A DNA stretch of 64,000 bases from Thermomicrobiales bacterium (lineage in GTDB: Bacteria > Chloroflexota > Chloroflexia > Thermomicrobiales > UBA6265), in NCBI GenBank assembly GCA_049841275.1, contig JASGDN010000042.1, forward strand, positions 11,520-75,519, written 5' to 3'. Positions 18,142 through 27,036 of this stretch are shown here, one piece after another; position 1 is the first letter of the stretch, and each line of letters opens with the position of its first letter. The notes beneath the pieces were generated by a model. It made no database searches, was not told the DNA's origin, and saw nothing but the letters and a program-made list of their open reading frames with translations. A program made the position numbers and the translations under genes.

Positions 18142-20124
18142 CTACTCGTCGTAGAAGAAGGTCTGCGGGTTGGCTGGAGCCGGCGTCATGAAGACGTACG
18201 CATCGGCCATGCCGTCCGCCGGAAGATTGTGCATCGTGTTCTTTGCGATGCCATATCCTGGCCCGGGCAGGCCGATCCCGATCGCGTAGAATTGCTCCAC
18301 CGCGGCATTCAGCAACTGGGACATGAGCGAGTTCTGCTCTTCGGGGTCCGGCGATGCCTTCAGTTGATCGTAGATCTTCATCTGCTCCTGGACGGCAGCA
18401 GGCGGCTCCTCCGGTTGGGACAGTGCATTGGAATTCTTGCCATACCAGATCGCCCAGGGTACGGCGAAGTTCGACTCGAGGCTGAACGGCATATACCAGC
18501 GGGGATCGGGGATGGCATCGTTCAGGCCACCGTCTCCGCCCCAGATCACGGCATCGTGGTCGTTGCTCTCCTTGCGGGTGTAGAGCAGCGAGCGATCCTC
18601 CGCCTTGATCTGGGCGTCGATGCCCACGGCCTGCAGGTACCCGACGATCAGGTTGGTGGTGTCGACTTGCGCCTGGTCGAGACCCGTCGCCACTTCGACG
18701 GCAATGGTCAGCTTGGAACCATCCTTCAGGAGGCGCATGTCGCCGTCCTTGTCGGGAAGGACCTTGTCGAGGAACTCATTGGCCTTGTCGAGGTTATATT
18801 CGGTGTACTGCTTGGCCAGCGTTTCGTTGTAGAACGGTGTCTCCTTGCGCGGAGCCAGTTGCCATGGCTCGCCCTGGCTGACGTAGACCGTATCGATGAT
18901 CTCCTGCCGGTTGATGGCGTGCGACACGCCAATCCGGAAGTCCTTGTTCTGGAAGACTTCCCGGTACGCCGGGTTCTTGTGCGTGAGATTGAGGGCGAGT
19001 GACACGACGTTCATTGACGAGCGAACGGTGTTGACGAAGTGATATCCACCCTTTTCCTGCCCATCGGCGAGCACCGACTTGTTCGCGTCGGTATTGATGT
19101 GGCGCATGTGGAAATCGATCTCGCCATTCGTCGCCTTCAGCAGGAGCACCTGGTTATCCTGAAGCACATCGAAATTGACGTTGTCGATGTATGGCAGCTG
19201 TTGCCCGTCAGGATCGACCTTGAAGTAGTAGGGGTTGCGGTCGAACGTCACGCGTTCAGTGTCCCCATAGGGGAGCACGAGCTTCCAGGCATGGACGCGG
19301 GGAAGGTCCGGATTCTGCCAGACGGCATCGTATGGTGTGCCCGGAATGCCCCCTCCCATCGTCCGGAAGAGTTCCACCCAATCGGCCTTGCCGCTATCCT
19401 TCACCAGCTTGTCGAGATCGGTCGTGTTGTAGGTCTTGTGGAACTGCTTGAGGTAGTGGGCCGGATAGCGAACCCATTCGCGCCCGCCGTCCTGGCAGAG
19501 CTGGGAGAGGAACAGACCCGCCGGATTCTCGTGGGTCACGGTGAAAGTGAGCTTGTCCTTCACCTCGATTGTGAACGGGTTGTCTCCGAGGGACGTGTTC
19601 AGTTCGTCGTTGCGAAAGTAGTCGTTGACATAGAAGGCGATGTCATCGGTGGTGAAGGGCTCGCCATCCGACCACCTCATCCCGTCCCGCAACGTGAAGG
19701 TGTGTTGGGTGGCGTCGGCACTGACCTCATAGGATTCCGCGATATTCGGCACGGTCTCCTGCCATGTGATGTCCCAACGCAGGAGGCCATCGTAGCCGAC
19801 CGTGCGGCCGAGCCAGGCCGTGTCCGCACCGCCAACGAGGGCGGTCCGCCAGGTGCCGCCATACTTCCCGGACTTCTCGCTCGGCGTGATGATCATCGGG
19901 TTCTTCGGCAGGCGATCGGCGACCGCCGGGAGCGTTCCCGCCTTCACCTGGTCGGCGAGGGCCGGCGCCTCCGAGTAGTTGCCACCCGCGACCGGCGACG
20001 GTGTCTGCGCAACGACCTTGCGACCGCTTGCGTAGGTACTGACAACGAATCCAACGCCGGCGGCCGCTTTGAGGAACCTGCGCCGGGAGACCTGCGTATC
20101 GGCATCGTGGGATCGATTGACCAT
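18142..20124 (-). CDS. ABC transporter substrate-binding protein, family 5 (Opp/Dpp-type), Tat signal
   Basis: The ATG at 20124 has GGAGG 9 nt upstream and gives MVNRSHDADTQVSRRRFLKAAAGVG, a twin-arginine signal. 660 aa SBP_bac_5-like body. The ORF track extends to 20223. Confidence 0.9.
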   Translation of the reverse strand: MVNRSHDADTQVSRRRFLKAAAGVGFVVSTYASGRKVVAQTPSPVAGGNYSEAPALADQVKAGTLPAVADRLPKNPMIITPSEKSGKYGGTWRTALVGGADTAWLGRTVGYDGLLRWDITWQETVPNIAESYEVSADATQHTFTLRDGMRWSDGEPFTTDDIAFYVNDYFRNDELNTSLGDNPFTIEVKDKLTFTVTHENPAGLFLSQLCQDGGREWVRYPAHYLKQFHKTYNTTDLDKLVKDSGKADWVELFRTMGGGIPGTPYDAVWQNPDLPRVHAWKLVLPYGDTERVTFDRNPYYFKVDPDGQQLPYIDNVNFDVLQDNQVLLLKATNGEIDFHMRHINTDANKSVLADGQEKGGYHFVNTVRSSMNVVSLALNLTHKNPAYREVFQNKDFRIGVSHAINRQEIIDTVYVSQGEPWQLAPRKETPFYNETLAKQYTEYNLDKANEFLDKVLPDKDGDMRLLKDGSKLTIAVEVATGLDQAQVDTTNLIVGYLQAVGIDAQIKAEDRSLLYTRKESNDHDAVIWGGDGGLNDAIPDPRWYMPFSLESNFAVPWAIWYGKNSNALSQPEEPPAAVQEQMKIYDQLKASPDPEEQNSLMSQLLNAAVEQFYAIGIGLPGPGYGIAKNTMHNLPADGMADAYVFMTPAPANPQTFFYDE

Positions 20125-20197
20125 TCGGTTCTTCCTCCAGATGAAATCAGCGACGGGATCGAGGTGCGTGGCATCCGGTGCGGCCGGATGATCCGAT

Positions 20198-22111
20198 TCA
20201 TCGGGACACGGTGCCATCGGCAACGAAGCGCACCTCCCAGCGCCCCGTCCGTTGTGGTGCCGCTACCAGCACCAGGCGATACAGCGCTGCTCCCCAGACG
20301 GGAGCCAGTCGGGCGTCAGCGATGTCGATGCGCTCGATCGCTGCGACATGCAGCATGGCGGGATCGAAGGACAGACGGAGGTTCCGACGCTCGCCAGCAA
20401 CGAGGAAGGAGCTGTCTGCTTCCTCCACCGGTTCCTTTCGCAGGATCAACGAGAGCCGGAGGTCCGACGGCTCGCGGTTGAGCGACCACTCATCCCGAAG
20501 GATCACTGCCGGATGGGCGCCGCGCTCCAGGCGGAGGGTGCGGATCCAATGGTCAATCCCGGCTTCGGGAGGATAGGCGTGCGCGAGGTCGAGAACCAGT
20601 TCGTCGGCATCGTTGCCGAGTGTGCAACGAACGTCCGACGCCGCAAACTCCACACCCGCCTGTTGCTCAATGCCGTTGACGGTTGGCAGATTGTGATATC
20701 CGGACTGCATCGTCCAGATGTCGTAGCGGTCAGGGCTGAAAGTCTTCTTCGAATAGGTCTCCACGCCGACATCAACCACCTGCGGCACCCCGTCCAGCGC
20801 GACGATGAAATTGCCGACGTCGTTGTGATTGTGGCTCTCGGCGTTATGCCCACCTTTGGCTGCGAGGAAGAGGCCTTCCATCGATCCGGCCCGCTCCCGG
20901 GCGGTCATCACCTGGATGCCAGGCAACCAGGCATGCTGGATCAGCGGCGCAGGCCGCTCACGTACTTCCGACGGGATCGGGTCGAAGAGGTGAGGCAAGG
21001 TCCGGCCAATCGATTCCCGCTTCCACGGCAAGTCGACGGTGTGCCGGGCAGCCTCGGCGCTCTGCGCGACGAGCATCTCGTCGCCGATCCGCATGCCATA
21101 GCGATAGAGGAGATTGGCATCGGGTTCGGTCCGCGCCGGACCGTCCGCGAAGTTGACATACCAATCATTCGCGATATGCGCGCGATAGATATAGCGCCCG
21201 ATCTCCTGAACCAACGGAAGCTGGAAGGCATCGAGTTCGCCATTGGACGCCAACCGTAGCCATTCCAGGCATTCGCAGAGACTGGCGCCCGCGCGTCCCC
21301 AGTAGGACGTTCCTTCGTCGCAGCCGCCATCTTCGTGATACCCGGACAGGAAGGCGTCCAGCCCCACGATGGCACGTTCGACGATGGCAACCTGGCGATC
21401 GCGATCGGGTTCGAGCAGGAGCGTCGTCGCCAGGATGTTGGAATGAATCCAGGGATTCCAGTTGTTGGGCGCGCGTTCTCCCTCCCGGCGTTTCAGGCCG
21501 AGCCATCCCCAGTCGTCGTTGTTGAGATACGGCGTGAGGATTCGGGCGTCGATTTCGCGCTCAATCCGGTCGAGCACAACCGGGAGGGATGCCCGATATG
21601 CCGGAGCCAGCAACGCATGGGTCCACGCCAGGAGCGCACTGGTTTCCGCAGCAAAGAGATCCACCACCGGATACTGCGTATCGGGCAGACCGCGCTCGAA
21701 GTGGGGAGAGAAGCTGTGAGCGCTCACGCCCCAGAAACTCTCCTCACAGATCGCCCAGACGCCATTCGTGATGTCGTCGAGAAAACGCCCTTCGCCCTCG
21801 ACACATTCGGCGAGCACAAGGGATTCGAGCATGCCGCGCCGCGCAAAATGCGGGTCCTCGAAGTGGGTCCGGTTCCCGTTCCGCGCAAACTCGAGGAAGA
21901 CCGTCGCCTTCAGTTCCGGCCAGCTGGCGCCGAGGAACCGTTCCCCGGCCGCGAGCAAACGAACGCGTTCGGGCGCGGGGAGAGCATTCCAGCCATCCCG
22001 GTCATCGACGGCCGGGAACGGCCGCCAACTACACGGTGCGGGCAAGGCCGTTGCGATCCGCTTGCGAGGAAACGCCTCCTGCAGAAGGGTTGCCGTCGCC
22101 GGGGCGCTCAT
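20198..22111 (-). CDS. heparinase II/III-like family protein (polysaccharide lyase fold), no signal peptide
   Basis: The C-terminal region with GGHNAESHNHNDVGNFIV is typical of the heparinase II/III-like domain, and the N-terminal half resembles an alpha/alpha toroid. Start taken at ATG 22111 (MSAPATATLL...). The upstream R/G/C-rich track extension is unlikely to be coding. Confidence 0.8.
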   Translation of the reverse strand: MSAPATATLLQEAFPRKRIATALPAPCSWRPFPAVDDRDGWNALPAPERVRLLAAGERFLGASWPELKATVFLEFARNGNRTHFEDPHFARRGMLESLVLAECVEGEGRFLDDITNGVWAICEESFWGVSAHSFSPHFERGLPDTQYPVVDLFAAETSALLAWTHALLAPAYRASLPVVLDRIEREIDARILTPYLNNDDWGWLGLKRREGERAPNNWNPWIHSNILATTLLLEPDRDRQVAIVERAIVGLDAFLSGYHEDGGCDEGTSYWGRAGASLCECLEWLRLASNGELDAFQLPLVQEIGRYIYRAHIANDWYVNFADGPARTEPDANLLYRYGMRIGDEMLVAQSAEAARHTVDLPWKRESIGRTLPHLFDPIPSEVRERPAPLIQHAWLPGIQVMTARERAGSMEGLFLAAKGGHNAESHNHNDVGNFIVALDGVPQVVDVGVETYSKKTFSPDRYDIWTMQSGYHNLPTVNGIEQQAGVEFAASDVRCTLGNDADELVLDLAHAYPPEAGIDHWIRTLRLERGAHPAVILRDEWSLNREPSDLRLSLILRKEPVEEADSSFLVAGERRNLRLSFDPAMLHVAAIERIDIADARLAPVWGAALYRLVLVAAPQRTGRWEVRFVADGTVSR

Positions 22112-22316
22112 GCAGCATTCCGCCGGATCGCGGCCAACGGCGCATCGCCCACCAGGCCGACCAGGAGCCGGAACACGAAACGATCCATCGGGAGATCCAC
22201 CTTCCTCGTGCCAGATCTGAAGCAAGACGTATCGCACAAATGGACGACATGCGAAAGAAGACAAACCACCACGTCTTCCACGCATAGCAACGCCGAGGTG
22301 CCGATCGGTTGAAATT

Positions 22317-22326
22317 GATATGATAT
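22317..22326. promoter_or_regulatory. A/T palindrome site 1 (ATATGATATA), candidate operator/promoter element
   Basis: Pure A/T(G) 10-mer in the DUF2264-heparinase gap, 206 nt upstream of the heparinase start. It shares its core with sites at 24634 and 24914. Confidence 0.4.
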
Positions 22327-22386
22327 AGGATATGGATGACCCCGACGCCTGTCAACCACTTTACCGCTAGTGGATGCGGAATTGCG

Positions 22387-24297
22387 TCAAGACCGATCGA
22401 ACGGCTGTGCGGGAATCGGAGGTATATGGATCGGTTCGTCGAGAAATCCCGAGACGGTCACCGCACCATCGTCCCGCCAACTCACCATCGGTTCGCACAT
22501 CCGCATTCGCCGGAGGTCCTCTGCATCCCCAAGTGAGACGAGGCACGCCAGGCCAGAGACGCCTTCGTCGAGCGATGCGCGTAGCGTGGGAACAACGACC
22601 TCGGCATGGGTCGCTCCGACACCGGAATAGGCAAATGGTATCGCAGCGCCGTCGTACCCAATCACCGCGCGGATCGCGACCGCACGATCACCCATGCGCG
22701 CCATCGAGATGCTCCGGGAGGTATCTCGGTCCATTACCGGACGTTCACCCGGATCAAAACCAAACGCACCAGCCCCCTCGATCGCGGCGATGGGACTGGT
22801 TCCGGGGGCGATGTCGATGCGATGGGCGCGAAGGTGCAGATTTCCGGACACGACGATCACCGTCTCGATCGTATGCTCCCGGCCACCGCTACGCTGCCGG
22901 TAGTGCGTACGGAGCCAGCCCGGCTCGCCAACCGTACCCGCGTCGATCGCGTCACGATGTCCATACATCTCGCCATCAGTCAGGCAGAGCATCGCGTCCG
23001 GCACAGGGTGTCCGTCGGTGAGACCGACCGTAATCGGTGCGGCAGTCGAAGCATGAAACTTCCCGTACTTGGCCGGATCGTCGTGTTGGCTCTTCGCCGA
23101 AAAGCGATGGACGATACCCGTCCGCCTGTCCCCCGCGAGGAGCCAGCCGGGTTCGGGAAACACGCGCACGAAGTCCTGCCGTTCAACGGGCAACGGTTCC
23201 TCCTCGGCAGTCCAGAAGGGATCGTCATCGGGAAGGCACCAGAGACCGCCGAACGCCTGCATCGCCCAATACGTCGCGCCGGTCGATATATACGGTTCAC
23301 GGATGGCACTACTGCCAGTAGCCGTCAGTTCCTGGCGGAGGGTGCCATCGGCCCGGATCGCGCCACGATCGAGATACCAGCGAATGTGCCTCCCGACGAG
23401 ACGGCGCAACATGCCGGGGCCATGCGGCCAGGCTCCTCGCCGATACGCCCACAGCATCGCGCCCAGCCGTGCGAACTTGTACGCGAGACTGCGCCCATAT
23501 TCCGGATAGGAACCGTCCGCCGCGAAAAACCAGGGCACATGCTCCATCTGCTCCCGGACGCGACTGCTAAGGAGCGCGACGCGGGAAGGGGTCGCCTTCG
23601 TATCCAAATCCGCCCAGAGAAGGACGTGCGACGCAAAGACCCAGAGGTTGTAGTCATCGAAGTGATTGGTTCCGGCGCGCGGACCATCGTCGTACCATCC
23701 GCCTCCACACCAGACACGGTCGAGGTATGGTCCGGTCACGTCCTCGATCAATGAACGATCGTGGGAGAGGCCGAGTTCGGATCGCACGGCATGGTTCAGG
23801 ACCCAGAACAGGGCCCAGTTGGACGGCCATTCCCTCTCCGGTGGTGGGGCGACACGCTCCAGCCAGGCCGCGATCCGGTTTCGTGCCGCCTCCGACAAAT
23901 GGTCCCAGATGCGGTCCCGCGTGATCCACAGGAACCAGGCGACCTGCCCGCTCTCGACCGTTCGCTGATCGCGCCTGCCGTCAGCGGAGTGACCCCAATA
24001 ACCTGGTGAGGCCAGATCGGTTCCTGCAAGGATGGCCGCTCGCGCCAGTGCCTCCAGATCGTCGTGGCGACCGCGCCAGTGAATCACCGGAGATCGTTCC
24101 GGCTGGGATAACCAGCCACCGATTCCCCAGAGCATGCGGGTGACCCCCTCGTAGCTGCCGCTCGCATCGTGCTGGTTCGGGATGCCATCGATAACCAGGC
24201 GCGCACCGGTGCGATCGAGATGATCGGCCCAGCCTGCCACCAACCGCGCCCACAGGGTCTCCGCGTCGTCACGAGTGAAGGGTCCGGACATCGTCAT
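22387..24297 (-). CDS. DUF2264 domain-containing protein
   Basis: 636 aa with no signal peptide. The N-terminal region (…SYEGVTRMLWGIGGWL…YWGHSADGRRDQRTVESGQVAWFLW…) fits my recollection of the DUF2264 family, which is often found beside heparinase II/III-like genes. GGAG lies 6 nt upstream of the ATG at 24297. Confidence 0.65.
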   Translation of the reverse strand: MTMSGPFTRDDAETLWARLVAGWADHLDRTGARLVIDGIPNQHDASGSYEGVTRMLWGIGGWLSQPERSPVIHWRGRHDDLEALARAAILAGTDLASPGYWGHSADGRRDQRTVESGQVAWFLWITRDRIWDHLSEAARNRIAAWLERVAPPPEREWPSNWALFWVLNHAVRSELGLSHDRSLIEDVTGPYLDRVWCGGGWYDDGPRAGTNHFDDYNLWVFASHVLLWADLDTKATPSRVALLSSRVREQMEHVPWFFAADGSYPEYGRSLAYKFARLGAMLWAYRRGAWPHGPGMLRRLVGRHIRWYLDRGAIRADGTLRQELTATGSSAIREPYISTGATYWAMQAFGGLWCLPDDDPFWTAEEEPLPVERQDFVRVFPEPGWLLAGDRRTGIVHRFSAKSQHDDPAKYGKFHASTAAPITVGLTDGHPVPDAMLCLTDGEMYGHRDAIDAGTVGEPGWLRTHYRQRSGGREHTIETVIVVSGNLHLRAHRIDIAPGTSPIAAIEGAGAFGFDPGERPVMDRDTSRSISMARMGDRAVAIRAVIGYDGAAIPFAYSGVGATHAEVVVPTLRASLDEGVSGLACLVSLGDAEDLRRMRMCEPMVSWRDDGAVTVSGFLDEPIHIPPIPAQPFDRS

Positions 24298-24633
24298 CTG
24301 CGTCTCCGGGGATGCGACCTGCTGGAGCAGACGAAGGACCGGCGCCCATCGGTGGACGAACGGAGAACGGCGGGGCAGATCGACAGGGCAATCGCATTCT
24401 GGTTTGTTTCGGGCCTCCCGGCGCCCTGGTGCCGATGCCGGCCGGCCACATTGACCATGTCATCCGGAGCATCGTCGAAGGACGTACGAACGACCGGGCT
24501 GCCCAACACGTCGCGTTCGTAGGGCGAGCCCCGTGTGGCTCGCCGCCGATGGCCGTCGACCCTCCTGCCTGCATCGTCGTCCCACTATGCGATTGTCCAA
24601 GGCAGATCGAGCATTGACAGGGCATTGCAGCTG

Positions 24634-24645
24634 TATATGATATAT
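24634..24645. promoter_or_regulatory. A/T palindrome site 2 (TATATGATATAT), candidate operator/promoter element
   Basis: Identical 12-mer to site 3. Its 3' end overlaps TATAAT (24643-24648). It lies 337 nt upstream of the DUF2264 start. Confidence 0.4.
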
Positions 24646-24913
24646 AATAAGCCATTGGTAGTACGAGCATGACAGGGACACCGGGGAGGCATGGTGGAAA
24701 CTCCACTGCCACATGTCCCATGGGAAAACACGAGCCCGAAGACGGCCGGTGTTCGTCCCGGCATATCCATCCCGGCGAGGACCAGACGACGCGTGCGTTT
24801 CACGCGGTGGATGGGGATGCGGGGGCCAACCCCTGAGAACCAGGCCAGCTCGTCCGCCAAATGGGCGCCGATTCCCGGGATGTCAGGCGGGAGCCATGCC
24901 GCAATCGCCGGCA

Positions 24914-24925
24914 TATATGATATAT
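24914..24925. promoter_or_regulatory. A/T palindrome site 3 (TATATGATATAT), candidate GntR auto-operator
   Basis: Palindrome TATAT-G-ATATA, 84 nt upstream of the GntR GTG start. It contains an extended -10-like TGATATAT facing the GntR operon. Confidence 0.45.
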
Positions 24926-25008
24926 CTGCAACGGTACCGGTTCCGGTCGCTTCGTGGTGCCATGCACATGATGGGTCACTGTTCCAATTCCTGTGAAGGG
25001 TCTGGCGC

Positions 25009-25734
25009 GTGAAAAAACGTCCCCGTTTTCAAACCAAGCAGGAGCTGGTCTACAGCGCACTCTACGAGGCGATCATGGATTGCACGCTGGCGCCCGGCGA
25101 GCGGCTCATCATCGACGATATCTCCCGCCAGCTCGAGGTCAGCCACATCCCCGTCCGCGAAGCCATCTCCCAATTGCAATCCGAACGGCTGGTTTTCATC
25201 GTGCCACACTCCGGGGCAACCGTATCCCCGATCACCCGCGAGTCCATCCATGAGGTCTTCGTGCTCATGGAAGGGCTCGAACTCGTCTCGATGGAGATCG
25301 CCACCGCCCGGCTCTCCCCTGCCGATTTCGACCGGCTCGAACAGCTTCTCGCCGAGATGGATGCCGCCATCGATGCCGGTGAGGTCGAGCAGTGGTCTCA
25401 CCTGAACGCCACCTTCCACCGCGAGATCACCGCCGCCACCGCGATGCCGCGCGTGATCGAGATGCTCGGGCGCACGCTCGACCACTGGGACCGCATCCGC
25501 CGCTATTTCGGGATCACACCGGGGCGTCTTGCCGAAGCCCAGGCGGAGCACCATGAGATCCTCGCGGCCCTCGTCTCCCATGATGTCGAACACCTGCGCA
25601 CGCTCGCCCGGCAACACTCCCGCCGGGCGCTCGAAGCCTACATGCTGGAGCTGGATACGAATCCGGCGGTCACGCTCACCGCATCATCGACCGGTGGTTC
25701 CGCACGTCTCTACCGGGAATCCCGAGAGGAGTAA
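25009..25734 (+). CDS. GntR family transcriptional regulator (FadR/FCD subfamily)
   Basis: N-terminal winged HTH (LVYSALYEAIMDCTLAPGERLIIDDISRQLEVSHIPVREAISQLQSERLV) plus an all-helical FCD-like C-domain. GTG start with GAAGGG 6 nt upstream. Confidence 0.9.
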   Translation: MKKRPRFQTKQELVYSALYEAIMDCTLAPGERLIIDDISRQLEVSHIPVREAISQLQSERLVFIVPHSGATVSPITRESIHEVFVLMEGLELVSMEIATARLSPADFDRLEQLLAEMDAAIDAGEVEQWSHLNATFHREITAATAMPRVIEMLGRTLDHWDRIRRYFGITPGRLAEAQAEHHEILAALVSHDVEHLRTLARQHSRRALEAYMLELDTNPAVTLTASSTGGSARLYRESREE

Positions 25735-25736
25735 CG

Positions 25737-26900
25737 ATGGCCGAAGGCCCTGTGACAATCGGCATCATCATGAACGGCGTGACCGGGCGCATGGGCACCA
25801 ACCAGCACCTGATCCGGTCCATCGTCGCCATTCGGGATCAGGGCGGCATCCGCTCGCGGGATGGCCGGACGCTCACGGTCGACCCGATCCTGGTCGGGCG
25901 CGACGCGCAGAAGCTGGCCGCGCTGGCGAAGGCACATGGGATCGAACGCTGGACGACCGACCTCGACGCTGCACTGGCGAATCCGGAGGACATCGTCTAC
26001 TTCGATGCACAACGCACCGAACTCCGTGAGCCGTCCGTGAAGAAGGCGATCGCCGCCGGAAAACACGTCTATTGCGAGAAGCCGATCTCCACCAGCCTCG
26101 CATCGGCGCTCGAACTCGCCGTGCTTGCCGAGGCCGCCGGGATCAAGCACGGCGTCGTCCAGGACAAGCTCTTCCTCCCCGGCCTGCGCAAGCTGAAGCG
26201 GCTGATCGAGGGTGGATTCTTCGGCCAGATCCTCTCCGTGCGCGGTGAGTTCGGCTACTGGGTCTTCGAGGGCGACTGGCAGAGCGCCCAGCGCCCTTCG
26301 TGGAACTATCGCAAGGAGGATGGCGGCGGCATCATCGTCGACATGCTCTGCCACTGGCGATACGTACTCGACAATCTCTTCGGCGCGGTGAAGGCCGTCT
26401 CCTGCCTCGGCGCGACGCACATCCCGGAGCGCGTCGACGAGCACGGAAAGCGCTATGAGGCGACGGCCGACGATGCCGCCTATGCGACATTCGAACTGGC
26501 GGGCGGCGCCATCGCCCACATTAATTCCTCCTGGGTCACACGGGTCTACCGCGACGAACTCTTCGTCCTGCAGGTGGATGGCACGGAAGGCAGTGCCATT
26601 GCCGGGCTGCACACCTGCAAGGTCCAGCACCGCGTGATGACGCCGAAGCCGACCTGGAATCCGGACGTGCCGACAACGATGGACTTCTTCGCCGACTGGG
26701 ACGACGTGCCGGCGAATGAGGTCTTCGAGAACGCCTTCAAGGTGCAGTGGGAGATGTTCCTCCGCCATGTCGCCTGGGACGAGCCGTATCCGTTCGGCTT
26801 CCTCGAAGGGGCGAAGGGCGTGCAGCTGGCGGAACTCGGCCTCCGGGCGTGGGCGGAACGCCGCTGGCTCGATGTTCCTGCGCTCTCTGTGTCGGGATAG
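25737..26900 (+). CDS. Gfo/Idh/MocA family oxidoreductase
   Basis: 387 aa. Rossmann N-terminus IGIIMNGVTGRMG and the EKP motif (VYCEKPIS). It starts 2 nt after the GntR stop. Confidence 0.9.
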   Translation: MAEGPVTIGIIMNGVTGRMGTNQHLIRSIVAIRDQGGIRSRDGRTLTVDPILVGRDAQKLAALAKAHGIERWTTDLDAALANPEDIVYFDAQRTELREPSVKKAIAAGKHVYCEKPISTSLASALELAVLAEAAGIKHGVVQDKLFLPGLRKLKRLIEGGFFGQILSVRGEFGYWVFEGDWQSAQRPSWNYRKEDGGGIIVDMLCHWRYVLDNLFGAVKAVSCLGATHIPERVDEHGKRYEATADDAAYATFELAGGAIAHINSSWVTRVYRDELFVLQVDGTEGSAIAGLHTCKVQHRVMTPKPTWNPDVPTTMDFFADWDDVPANEVFENAFKVQWEMFLRHVAWDEPYPFGFLEGAKGVQLAELGLRAWAERRWLDVPALSVSG

Positions 26901-27036
26901 GGAACAGGAGCGTCCTTTCCCATTTTGGATGCCAGCTGATGCCTCGCTTCAACTCAATGTGGACGTTGCGACATTGCAGAAGCACGACCTATCGCTGTGA
27001 GATTGGGCGAGAACGCCTGCTGGGAGGAGCATTCAC

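Noticed and set aside
24691-24996. + strand 101-aa ORF in the GntR upstream spacer
   Set aside because: Its GC3 is clearly lower than in real genes here. The GGAGG is only 1 nt from the ATG, and the ORF reads through palindrome site 3. It is treated as non-coding. The minus-strand relic ORF is kept as a finding instead.
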